Assembly: GCA_030688545.1 (NCBI GenBank)
Contig: JAUYHT010000002.1
Span: 30,001-62,000, forward strand
Source of the DNA: Candidatus Iainarchaeum sp.
Lineage (GTDB): Archaea > Iainarchaeota > Iainarchaeia > Iainarchaeales > VGJJ01
DNA: 32,000 nt
Reading direction: 5' to 3'
In this document: in pieces, positions 20,403 to 28,404 of the stretch
Layout: every line of letters begins with the position of its first letter
Numbering within the stretch: position 1 is the stretch's first letter
Notes under the pieces: model-generated
Seen by the model: the letters and a program-made list of their open reading frames with translations, nothing else
The model's database searches: none
What the model was told of the DNA's origin: nothing
Program-made: the position numbers and the translations under genes

Positions 20403-20915
20403 ATGGAAGTTCTATTAGTCATTGATATGCAAGAAGGCTTTCGATACTTGGATTCCGAACGTATTTTGGAAAGGGTTGGAAAAATCCTGCAAAAAATCTC
20501 TCCTAACTACTACTTTTCTCGTTTCAAAGACAAGAAAAATTCAACTATTGAGAAGCACACATTGTGGAAAAAATTTCAAGACCAAAAGGCATGGCCCATA
20601 ATGAGTGAAATTCGTCATTTTTCTAATAAAAATAACACATTCGATCACTATACTTACACCGTGCTAACTCCATATTTGAAAAAGGCATTCACGAAAAGAC
20701 ACGTCAAAACTGTATATTTAGCTGGAATATATACCGACGTCTGTGTAATCAAAACGGCAATGGATCTCATTGATGAAGGAATCCAAGTAAAAATAATCCA
20801 AGATGCATGTGCTTCATTACATGGAGAAATTAATCATAAGCAAGCAATTGACTCACTCAAACACATCATCGGGAGAGATAACGTCATCAAGTCCAATATG
20901 ATCAGGAAAACTTAA
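20403..20915 (+). CDS. Isochorismatase/cysteine-hydrolase family protein (nicotinamidase-like)
   Basis: LLVIDMQEGF (catalytic Asp) and GIYTDVCVIKTAMDLIDEGIQVKIIQDACAS (catalytic Cys context). The ATG at 20403 is one codon after the listed TTG. The gene is A/T-rich. Confidence 0.8.
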   Translation: MEVLLVIDMQEGFRYLDSERILERVGKILQKISPNYYFSRFKDKKNSTIEKHTLWKKFQDQKAWPIMSEIRHFSNKNNTFDHYTYTVLTPYLKKAFTKRHVKTVYLAGIYTDVCVIKTAMDLIDEGIQVKIIQDACASLHGEINHKQAIDSLKHIIGRDNVIKSNMIRKT

Positions 20916-21034
20916 TCAGTTGCCACCAAAAATAAATATCCCTAATCCCGTCCGTTTTTTAACCAACGTCATCCGAATTCTATACGGATTTCCGGACGTT
21001 TTTCGGACTGGTGGCTTGCATGCCCCGAGCGAAA

Positions 21035-21042
21035 TTTATATA
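21035..21042 (+). promoter_or_regulatory. TATA box TTTATATA 23 nt upstream of the ATG at 21066 (leaderless mRNA)
   Basis: Read directly: gaaaTTTATATAagggtaaacccgttccctcttctATG. Confidence 0.5.
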
Positions 21043-21065
21043 AGGGTAAACCCGTTCCCTCTTCT

Positions 21066-21785
21066 ATGCCCCCCCTCAAACGAGTCCGGCGGATGCTTCG
21101 CATCCCCATCCTTTCCGATGCCCGAGAGGTGCGCCGGCTGGAGACCCTGACCAAGGTGAGCCCGCGCGTCCGGAAATCCACTTTTTCCCCAACCGCTCTC
21201 AAGCGCCGACTGAGGGAGATCCAGCGTATCCAAAAACTGAAGGAGAACTTACGTCAAAGCAAGATGAAGTGGAAAAGGATGTTGGACGATTGGAGCCAAA
21301 ATCGTCGATTTGGGTTGCCCACTCAGCGCATATTCAACTACAACTATGCCAAATATCCCCTTGGAGAAATGGTCCTGGAAATCATGCTCAAGCCGGAAGC
21401 GGTAGGTCCTGATATTGATGGTGTCCGCTGGCGCATGCGGAAGAGCCAAAAGTTTGAATTAATTCCCATCTACCACTGGTCGACACCCCAATTCGTTGAG
21501 GGCGAATTTATAGGGAAAGCCACTATTACGGTCCATGGGAAGAATTATTTTGTGGCCCTCACTTACTCACGAAAAGAAGACGCTGTTAGGGCCGGAAGAA
21601 GTTTCTCACGCCAACCAAAAATTGAGCGAAGTGAGTCCGGTAATCCAGCATATATATTCCATTTCGATGGATGGTTCCCCCAACGAATTATAGATGAATA
21701 CATTAAGTTCAAAAATCTGAACAACCAATTCGTGGCCGCGCGCACCGCTTACCAAAGTCAATACTACAAACGGGGCTACCTCTGA
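21066..21785 (+). CDS. Hypothetical basic protein, no recognisable domain
   Basis: 239-aa ORF with an Arg/Lys-rich N-terminal third. The start is supported by the TATA spacing. Confidence 0.55.
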   Translation: MPPLKRVRRMLRIPILSDAREVRRLETLTKVSPRVRKSTFSPTALKRRLREIQRIQKLKENLRQSKMKWKRMLDDWSQNRRFGLPTQRIFNYNYAKYPLGEMVLEIMLKPEAVGPDIDGVRWRMRKSQKFELIPIYHWSTPQFVEGEFIGKATITVHGKNYFVALTYSRKEDAVRAGRSFSRQPKIERSESGNPAYIFHFDGWFPQRIIDEYIKFKNLNNQFVAARTAYQSQYYKRGYL

Positions 21786-21793
21786 ACGTACTC

Positions 21794-21875
21794 AAACAAA
21801 CTTTTTAGAAAAAAGTTTGATCAAAAAACTTGTTATAAAATAGTTTCATCATAAAACCATTTTTGAAAAAAGTTT
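21794..21875. repeat. A/T-only palindrome cluster C (AAACTTTTT-ag-AAAAAAGTTT, TTTGATCAAA)
   Basis: The stretch 21798-21818 is identical to 11314-11334 except for one loop base. It lies between convergent genes. Confidence 0.75.
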
Positions 21876-21942
21876 AATTGCTTCCTCATTCGACCTAAAG
21901 GCCGAGGAATTAGACCGTGAGACTGAAACAATCATTGGTTCG

Positions 21943-22497
21943 TTAAGGGTTGGGAATCATGGGTTCACAAGATCCCCAGAATGTTATCGCGCAGAGTGTT
22001 TTTACCTTGGGAACATCTGGAGGGTCATCGTAAAAAGAAGGTGTTGGAAAACAAGATGGTCTTTGATTGTTACCTAATTCTACAAAAATGGGACAATCGG
22101 TTTGAGTGGAACAAAACTGGCTTGAGATATTGCGGACATCAGCGATTGCGGCATCACAATGAGCCTGGGAATCAGAGGGACAAGAAACGCCATAATGAAT
22201 ATCTTCGTTCACATGTGGCCAATTTATATTGGTTCCACAGGAATACGGAACCCTCCTACCTGTCTGGGGATCGGTACAAACTATTTGAAATTCTCCTTGC
22301 TCATTAAACTCCCCGTTACAAATGGGTTCACCAGGGGGATGAATATCGCTTTCTGTAGAACCCGTGGTTCGGACTCCCTGAATGGCAAGACCGGTATTAG
22401 GATTGTTGCCAATGAGGTAAATGGATATCACCAAAATAGCTACTAATGCTATTACCAATGAAAACTGGTCCATCGAAAGGGTTTGGAATTTAGGCAT
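21943..22497 (-). CDS. Hypothetical extracytoplasmic Cys-rich protein (10 Cys) with an N-terminal hydrophobic anchor or signal
   Basis: MPKFQTLSMDQFSLVIALVAILVISIYLIG, then a domain with 10 Cys. The N-terminus vaguely resembles a class III (pilin-type) signal, QxxSxDxF followed by a hydrophobic stretch, but it lacks Gly/Ala at position -1. Confidence 0.6.
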   Translation of the reverse strand: MPKFQTLSMDQFSLVIALVAILVISIYLIGNNPNTGLAIQGVRTTGSTESDIHPPGEPICNGEFNEQGEFQIVCTDPQTGRRVPYSCGTNINWPHVNEDIHYGVSCPSDSQAHCDAAIADVRNISSQFCSTQTDCPIFVELGNNQRPSCFPTPSFYDDPPDVPKVKTLCAITFWGSCEPMIPNP

Positions 22498-22552
22498 GCA
22501 TTTTGATAAAAACCGGCCTTTTTAATTTTATGTTATCCTTTTTACTTTTCAT

Positions 22553-22624
22553 TGGACCCGGCGGGACTTGAACCCGCAACCTTCTCGTTGCAAACGAGAC
22601 GCGCTACCATTGCGCCACAGGCCC
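22553..22624 (-). tRNA. tRNA-Ala (anticodon UGC), no encoded CCA
   Basis: Reverse complement: GGGCCTG TG GCGC AATGGTA GCGC G TCTCG TTTGCAA CGAGA AGGTT GCGGG TTCAAGT CCCGC CGGGTCC A. The G3-U70 alanine identity pair is present. Confidence 0.92.
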
Positions 22625-22829
22625 GGCACGCTTCCTCGGCACGCTTTCGATGGCCGTTTTCGTCCGGCCGCACCGAGGGACGAGGGAGGGTTACACCCCC
22701 CCGGCGGCCGGTAGACCTAATAGGGATTAACCATTTCATCCAAAGCAAGCCTTAAATATCCCAGACGGGAAACGCCCAATGGAAATCCAGAATGAGGGGA
22801 TTTATCCTATTTTAATAGGGGATTATTTC

Positions 22830-23438
22830 CTATTTGATTCCAAGGACATTGAGCTTGGGCAAATGTTCCTTGGGGAAATGACCGAAAATGATGAGCCAGG
22901 CGATGTACATGAAGATGGCCCAGAAGAATATCATAACTTGTCCCACCGAATCATGATGCAAGATCAAGGCCTCCGGAGAGAATTGCAATCCTACCAACAC
23001 GTCAGCCACAATGCGGAGGGTATTGCCTAAGAAGAGAAAGGGGACAAAGAGGAGCGACGCCACTCGGTGGGTCAATGGAAAAACCGGCATGAGGAATATG
23101 GTGAGGGGAAAAATGAGCATGAGCACCACGCCACTGCATTCCGCGGACACCTCCAGGGGTGGAAGACCCTCCACCACCAAATAATTTCCCCATGGAGCCG
23201 AAAACACCCCAATAAGGTTGAGGATAATGGCGGCCAACCAACTCGTGAGCTCGGGGAAAGGATAATAATAGGGAAATTCGAGCACCGCATAGGCTAAGAT
23301 GCCCCCCACCACAAGAAGGACAATGCCCCATTTGAGGATGTTTTTCCCCTGCTCCCTAAACGAAGATGTGGATGTGGCCGGCGTAGAGGTGTTTGGCTTG
23401 AGCGCCGCCGTTTGGGGGGTTGAATGATGTTGCATCAT
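22830..23438 (-). CDS. Archaeosortase/exosortase-family transpeptidase, short form (about 200 aa)
   Basis: Polytopic membrane protein with the family hallmarks in order: LEVSAECSGVVLM (Cys), LGNTLRIVADV (Arg), ILHHDSVGQVM (His). The ATG at 23438 overlaps the TGA of the upstream GT2 gene (ATGA). Confidence 0.8.
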   Translation of the reverse strand: MMQHHSTPQTAALKPNTSTPATSTSSFREQGKNILKWGIVLLVVGGILAYAVLEFPYYYPFPELTSWLAAIILNLIGVFSAPWGNYLVVEGLPPLEVSAECSGVVLMLIFPLTIFLMPVFPLTHRVASLLFVPFLFLGNTLRIVADVLVGLQFSPEALILHHDSVGQVMIFFWAIFMYIAWLIIFGHFPKEHLPKLNVLGIK

Positions 23439-24625
23439 CGGGTCCCCCAATGGGTATTCTTCATGGTGAGGAGGGCATAGATACGGGTGGGGATGAGAAG
23501 GAACACGTGGACTAATGCATACACGGGGAAGATAGTCAATCCCCAATCCCGGGTGCGGTAAATCCCATACATCCCCCGGATGAGGGCAATCCCAACGAGC
23601 ACGGCCAGATATCCTAACAAATAATACGGGCTAATCAGGGTAGAACGATAAATTGTGTAGCCTAAGGACAAAACGAGGAGCAAGGGCAGGATGAGCTGGA
23701 TGATCATGTCATAGATGATATAGGGATGGAGTTTCCTGGGGTGTCGAATCACCATCTTAATGGTCCACAATAGCTCGCGATAAAAACTCTTATTCCATCG
23801 CGTCTGCTGTTTGAGAAAACCTTGGATGGTTTGAGGGACATGGGTGAAAGCTACGGCGCGACGCTCGTAATGAACTTTGTAGCCTTTGTTCAGAATTAAA
23901 TTTGTCAGATGGCGGTCATCCCCATATGTGCATTTTTCTCCCAAGAAGACCTGGGAGATGTATTTCTCTTTCACATCATGGATGATGGAACTCCGATACG
24001 CCGCCAGGGGACCGGAGCAGCAGAGCACGGTGCCGAAAAGGCTTTGGGCGGCCCGCTCCTGATTGAACGCCGTCCAATACCTCCCATCAATAATCCGTGA
24101 AAGGATCTTCTTGGTCTTCACAACTTTCACATGACCGGTGGTGGCCCCCACTTGAGGGTCCTGAAAACGTTGAACCAGGTTGGCCACCGCATCCGGGAGT
24201 AATTGGGTGTCCGAATCAATGGTAACCAGTATTTCGGCATCGGAAGTCAAATGAATGATGTCAAACGCCTGCTTCTGGGCATGACGCTTTCCATTATTCT
24301 GGGGATTATGGACGAATCGAACGCGGGGGCTCCAGAGAAATTTTTTCCTAACTGCTAGAAAACCGGTTGGATCCTTGGAACCATCGTTCACCACGACAAT
24401 ATGGATGGAACCATTGTATTTCTGCTCCATGCATGATTGGACACAATTGGAAAGGGATTGGGGGTCCTCGTTATAGGTAGGGATGACGATGGATACGCTG
24501 GGAGTGAAGGAGGGATTGAAAGTGGATTTCAACGATCTCAGGTATTCAGCATGGGATAAATTAATCTGAACGAAGAGGTGGGTGAGGGCGAGAAGGCCGT
24601 AGATTGAAATGAGTTCTGCGATCAT
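23435..24625 (-). CDS. Processive family-2 glycosyltransferase, class I hyaluronan synthase / NodC / chitin synthase-like
   Basis: IVIPTYNED, VVVNDGS, NNGKRHAQKQAF, TIDSDT, ATGH, ERAAQSLFGTVLCCSGPLAAYR, YGDDRHLTN, LKQQTRWNKSFYRE and the C-terminal MKNTHWGTR. N- and C-terminal TM helices are present. From memory, this matches streptococcal HasA almost motif for motif. Confidence 0.88.
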   Translation of the reverse strand: MIAELISIYGLLALTHLFVQINLSHAEYLRSLKSTFNPSFTPSVSIVIPTYNEDPQSLSNCVQSCMEQKYNGSIHIVVVNDGSKDPTGFLAVRKKFLWSPRVRFVHNPQNNGKRHAQKQAFDIIHLTSDAEILVTIDSDTQLLPDAVANLVQRFQDPQVGATTGHVKVVKTKKILSRIIDGRYWTAFNQERAAQSLFGTVLCCSGPLAAYRSSIIHDVKEKYISQVFLGEKCTYGDDRHLTNLILNKGYKVHYERRAVAFTHVPQTIQGFLKQQTRWNKSFYRELLWTIKMVIRHPRKLHPYIIYDMIIQLILPLLLVLSLGYTIYRSTLISPYYLLGYLAVLVGIALIRGMYGIYRTRDWGLTIFPVYALVHVFLLIPTRIYALLTMKNTHWGTR

Positions 24626-24697
24626 CTCGTCCCCAACCTCACGTGTCGTTCATCCTATTTCCTGGAGGAGGTATTCCCGATGTGGTTTGATTCACCG

Positions 24698-25411
24698 CTA
24701 CAGTCCTTTTACGCGGCGTGTGTATAGGAAGAATCCACTTCCCAGCATGAGGGTAGCCAGCATTCCAGCCACGAGGGGGTGGATAGGCACTTTCAGGTCG
24801 CCCGACTCTGCCACGGGGGCATTGTCAGCGAAGGCACGAAACCATATTTCACCCGTCTGCATGATGGGACCTGGTTCCTGGTCGTCGCGGGTCACCGTGT
24901 AGGTGACTTGCGCGCTTTCCCCGGGAAGGATGATGCCAAACATATGGCTTCCATTCGTGTTCCCCTGGTTATTGGTGGGGGGACTCACTATCCAGGAATC
25001 GGGGGTATTGCGCAAATCCCCTCGCGTATTGAGGGAGGGAACATTGCCCACATTGGTTACGGTTACTTCCACCTGGAAAGTGTCTCCCGCATTGGCCGCG
25101 CTCCCGATGATCGACGCTTGGACCAGCAATAATGTCTGCTGGGCCGGCTGGGACTGCTGAACATCTCCCGTGATAGGGATGGGTTCGATGTCTGAAACTA
25201 TATCATTAGGCGCCGCATCCGAAATGGGATCAGCTATCTCATTTTCCTGGTCGGCTGCCTCTTCGGTTTCCTCAGCCAGTTCAAATGCATCCGTGTCGGA
25301 TATCTCATTGTCTTCCGGTCCAATAGAATCGGTAAACGCGTCCTGAGTCATTCCCCACACGACCGGGGCGCTCAATATGGCAATTAACGCCAAGACTACA
25401 GTGAATCGCAT
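24698..25411 (-). CDS. Secreted surface protein A with a C-terminal VPIHPLVA-TM-RR sorting signal (putative archaeosortase cargo)
   Basis: An aggagg site precedes the start. Signal peptide MRFTVVLALIAILSAPVVWG, an Asp/Glu-rich linker, then a CARDB-like beta-sandwich pattern (GDTFQVEVTVTNVGNV...GESAQVTYTVTRD). The tail is KVPIHPLVAGMLATLMLGSGFFLYTRRVKGL. Confidence 0.75.
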   Translation of the reverse strand: MRFTVVLALIAILSAPVVWGMTQDAFTDSIGPEDNEISDTDAFELAEETEEAADQENEIADPISDAAPNDIVSDIEPIPITGDVQQSQPAQQTLLLVQASIIGSAANAGDTFQVEVTVTNVGNVPSLNTRGDLRNTPDSWIVSPPTNNQGNTNGSHMFGIILPGESAQVTYTVTRDDQEPGPIMQTGEIWFRAFADNAPVAESGDLKVPIHPLVAGMLATLMLGSGFFLYTRRVKGL

Positions 25412-25560
25412 CGTTATCATCCTCCTGATGGTTAAAGTTTGCGTTAAACGGTATTCTTCGTCGCGTGCTTAAATACATGCTTTACGAAACCTTTATGCCA
25501 AGGTAGGGTTAACTTTTGTCCCTGAAAATGAATAGAAAACTTTATCTCTTGAGAAAAATA

Positions 25561-26103
25561 TTAGCTGGGACAATGTGATTGGCCTGTTTTTTCCAAATAC
25601 ATTTGATGATATTCCTCGGCCCGATAGAAGACTGAAGCCGGTTCGATGGTCGTCGTGATGGGAAGGGGGTATTTTTTTGAAGCGATTTCCTGTTTTATTG
25701 ACTTTTCAGCCGTCGCCAGTTGCGCTTGGGAATGATAGAAAATGACACTCCGGTATTGGCTCCCCCTGTCAGGACCTTGCCGGTTTCCCTGGGTGGGATC
25801 ATGGATGTCCCAGAATACGCGCAAGAGGGCATCATATGAGACTTTTTTAGGGTCGAATGACAAGTGGCACACCTCCACATGCCCGGTTTTTCCCGAGCAT
25901 ACTTGGGCATACGTCGGGTGAGCCTTTGTTCCCCCCATAAAACCAACCGTCGTATCCACTACGCCATTCACCCGGCGGAAGGATTGTTCCACCCCCCAAA
26001 AACAGCCGGCCCCGAAGGTGGCTAATTCGAACTTACCTGGGATGGGTAGTGGAGTCACGCCTACTCCAAATACGTTCCACTCTATAAAAATAGGTGCCGG
26101 CAC
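25561..26103 (-). CDS. msrA: Peptide methionine-S-sulfoxide reductase
   Basis: GAGCFWGVE active site, [19 protein letters not shown] and YHQMYL. GTG start as listed; the true start is uncertain. Confidence 0.92.
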   Translation of the reverse strand: MPAPIFIEWNVFGVGVTPLPIPGKFELATFGAGCFWGVEQSFRRVNGVVDTTVGFMGGTKAHPTYAQVCSGKTGHVEVCHLSFDPKKVSYDALLRVFWDIHDPTQGNRQGPDRGSQYRSVIFYHSQAQLATAEKSIKQEIASKKYPLPITTTIEPASVFYRAEEYHQMYLEKTGQSHCPS

Positions 26104-26269
26104 CTGGCACGAACGACTGGGGAGATAATAATAGGGTTCATCCTTCCCTGTGCCGACACAATGTTATTTCATTTCGATATTACTCAATTCATACCACTCA
26201 TTCTTCTGATTTTTTCAGCACTGGCTCAAGCGAAACGTACACCCATCATTATTGAAGGGTCTTGTTTCC

Positions 26270-26965
26270 TCAGCTTACCTGTTTCCGGCGCAAATACACC
26301 CCGTACCCGCCCAGCATCGAACCCACGAGGGCGAATGCCACGAGCGGATGGATAGGGACCCTCAACGCATTAGAAGTGGCCTTATTGGTATTATCTCCTT
26401 TCGCTTCGAAAACGAGGGTTGAATCTTCGGCGTCGCGGGTGATAGTATAAATGAATTCACGACTATCTCCTGACGGCAAATCGCCGAAATCCGCCATCTT
26501 ATCGGCCGGTGTCACTTGCCACCCTTCTGGTACGAACATGAGTTCGCCCATCACATTTTCAGCGGTCACCATCCCCACGTTGGAAATGATAGCTTTCACC
26601 TTGAAGGTGTCGCCCTCTTCCTGGTAGGGGCCATCAATGAACAGATGGGCAATCAACAACGTCCTTCCATTGTCTTTCATCGTATTGATGAGAATTAAGT
26701 TTTTTACCAGTACTTGCTGGGTCGATTTAAGGACTACTCTTTCCTGCAGTCCGTCATCACTATTGATGAAGACCTGTTTAGCATTGCCTACTGACGTTTC
26801 ATGATCCACCTGGACTGTCACGGATTGAGTTTCCCCTTCCACGGAAGCATGGTTCTGGTTGTCCACGCTCGCTTCCGAAGAAGAATCCATGGACGTCCCA
26901 TCGGCCCACGCGGGGGACCCCAGTAGGAACAATGACGCCACGGCCAGGACTAAAAGATTCTTCAT
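26270..26965 (-). CDS. Secreted surface protein B with a C-terminal VPIHPLVA-TM-RR sorting signal (paralog of 24698-25411)
   Basis: taggaggtga lies 4 nt before the ATG at 26965. Signal peptide MKNLLVLAVASLFLLGSPAWA, then a CARDB-like segment (GDTFKVKAIISNVGMV...GDSREFIYTITRD). The tail is RVPIHPLVAFALVGSMLGGYGVYLRRKQVS. Confidence 0.75.
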   Translation of the reverse strand: MKNLLVLAVASLFLLGSPAWADGTSMDSSSEASVDNQNHASVEGETQSVTVQVDHETSVGNAKQVFINSDDGLQERVVLKSTQQVLVKNLILINTMKDNGRTLLIAHLFIDGPYQEEGDTFKVKAIISNVGMVTAENVMGELMFVPEGWQVTPADKMADFGDLPSGDSREFIYTITRDAEDSTLVFEAKGDNTNKATSNALRVPIHPLVAFALVGSMLGGYGVYLRRKQVS

Positions 26966-27176
26966 TGATTCACCTCCTAAGTTGAATATCCACACACCCC
27001 ACGGCCTGCGGCATTATTATTCATACTTTCTGACACTTTACGGGTTTTTTCTAATGCAGCAAGATATGTTCGAAACTTGACAGGAGTGTCTGTAATTAAT
27101 TAAAATAAGTGATGAAATGTCCATTCCCTGACATGACGGAAGATTATATGAAAAAGCGCTGGAATATTTTTCCCGC

Positions 27177-27818
27177 TCACTTCTGTAGCAATTTGAAGGC
27201 GTGGTTCCAGTGATTATTGAAGAATCCATAGTGGGTCCACAGGATAGCCATGTTTTCAAGGAGGTAACTTTGAGTGATGTCTCCCAGATCATGGACCTCC
27301 CACCCCACCCCCTTTACAAATTCACTCACTTGCTGTTTGGTGGGGGCATCGTTTCCGCAAATGAATAAGGTGGGGGTTCCATCCTTTAATGCAGGATTAA
27401 GCATGTAGGCCGCGGTAACGATGTTGAAGCATTTCACCACTTTGGATTGGGGTAACAAGTCTTGCACCCGCTTTCCCATGGAATCCGGATACACGATTCC
27501 GGGCACCGGAGGCTTTCCTTCAACCTCGAATTTCAATGGGTTGGTGGTGTCGATGACTATCTTCCCAGAAAAATGCTCCTTTTTGGCCAATTCAATGGCA
27601 TTTTCCACCCCATCCCACTTGGTGCAGAGCACGAGCCACTCCCCAAATTTAGCCGCCTCCTCATTCGAAGCTGCGCAGGCAGAAACTCTTTCCTTCTCCA
27701 ACTCCGCATTCGCCTTTTCAGGGGAACGCGTTCCCAGCACGACTTGGTGCCCCAAGCGAATAAAATCCTTAGCGAGGGTCCTTCCCACGGACCCTGAACC
27801 AATGATGCCTACCTTCAT
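27177..27818 (-). CDS. NAD(P)-binding oxidoreductase of the F420_oxidored / NADPH-dependent F420 reductase (NpdG)-like family
   Basis: Rossmann motif KVGIIGSGSVGRTLA and the overall NpdG-like length and pattern. The start is chosen 8 nt after aggaggg; alternatives run up to 27827. Confidence 0.7.
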   Translation of the reverse strand: MKVGIIGSGSVGRTLAKDFIRLGHQVVLGTRSPEKANAELEKERVSACAASNEEAAKFGEWLVLCTKWDGVENAIELAKKEHFSGKIVIDTTNPLKFEVEGKPPVPGIVYPDSMGKRVQDLLPQSKVVKCFNIVTAAYMLNPALKDGTPTLFICGNDAPTKQQVSEFVKGVGWEVHDLGDITQSYLLENMAILWTHYGFFNNHWNHAFKLLQK

Positions 27819-27904
27819 ACTCATCACCCTCCTTCTGGTGATAGATTAGGACAGGTACACTGGGGCCAATTAAAGATATGCCAATATGTTTTTCTCAAAA
27901 AGAA

Positions 27905-28297
27905 TTAGGTTGGATGGGATTTTTTGATCCTCTTTTCTCGTTTCCAATCACCCATTTGATAAAAAGGCCACTCATAACGGCCTGTTTTTGCATTGGATCG
28001 AACTAAGGGTCGTTGCGAAATTGGATCCAGAGGGATCTCGTTGAAAGTGGCGACATACGTGTTGGCTAATTCATTAAACTCTCTGAGCATCCGCGCCTTT
28101 TCCCTGCGGTTGAAAAAAGTGGTGTCACTAACGGATGGCCAAAGATTTTTCCATAAAATGCTTAATCTTATTTCTAAAATTTCTCTATTTTTATTCAATA
28201 TTCCCCCTTCCATTTTTGGGGATGTGGACGGCCGCCTATTCAAAGCCCGGATGTGTGGCGATTCGCGTCGCTCCCGTCGTCGATGCGGATGGGTCAT
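27905..28297 (-). CDS. Hypothetical protein (possibly starting at the internal ATG 28213)
   Basis: ORF only, with no recognisable motif. The Arg-rich first 28 codons may be non-coding. Confidence 0.4.
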   Translation of the reverse strand: MTHPHRRRERRESPHIRALNRRPSTSPKMEGGILNKNREILEIRLSILWKNLWPSVSDTTFFNRREKARMLREFNELANTYVATFNEIPLDPISQRPLVRSNAKTGRYEWPFYQMGDWKREKRIKKSHPT

Positions 28298-28404
28298 ACG
28301 GAGTGAAGGAGTTTTGCCAATAAATATGCTCGGTTGGCGTTGGGTCCATCTCCTTGTCCGTGATTTTCAATTCCGCTGTTACCATGTCTACCATATCAGA
28401 GGCT

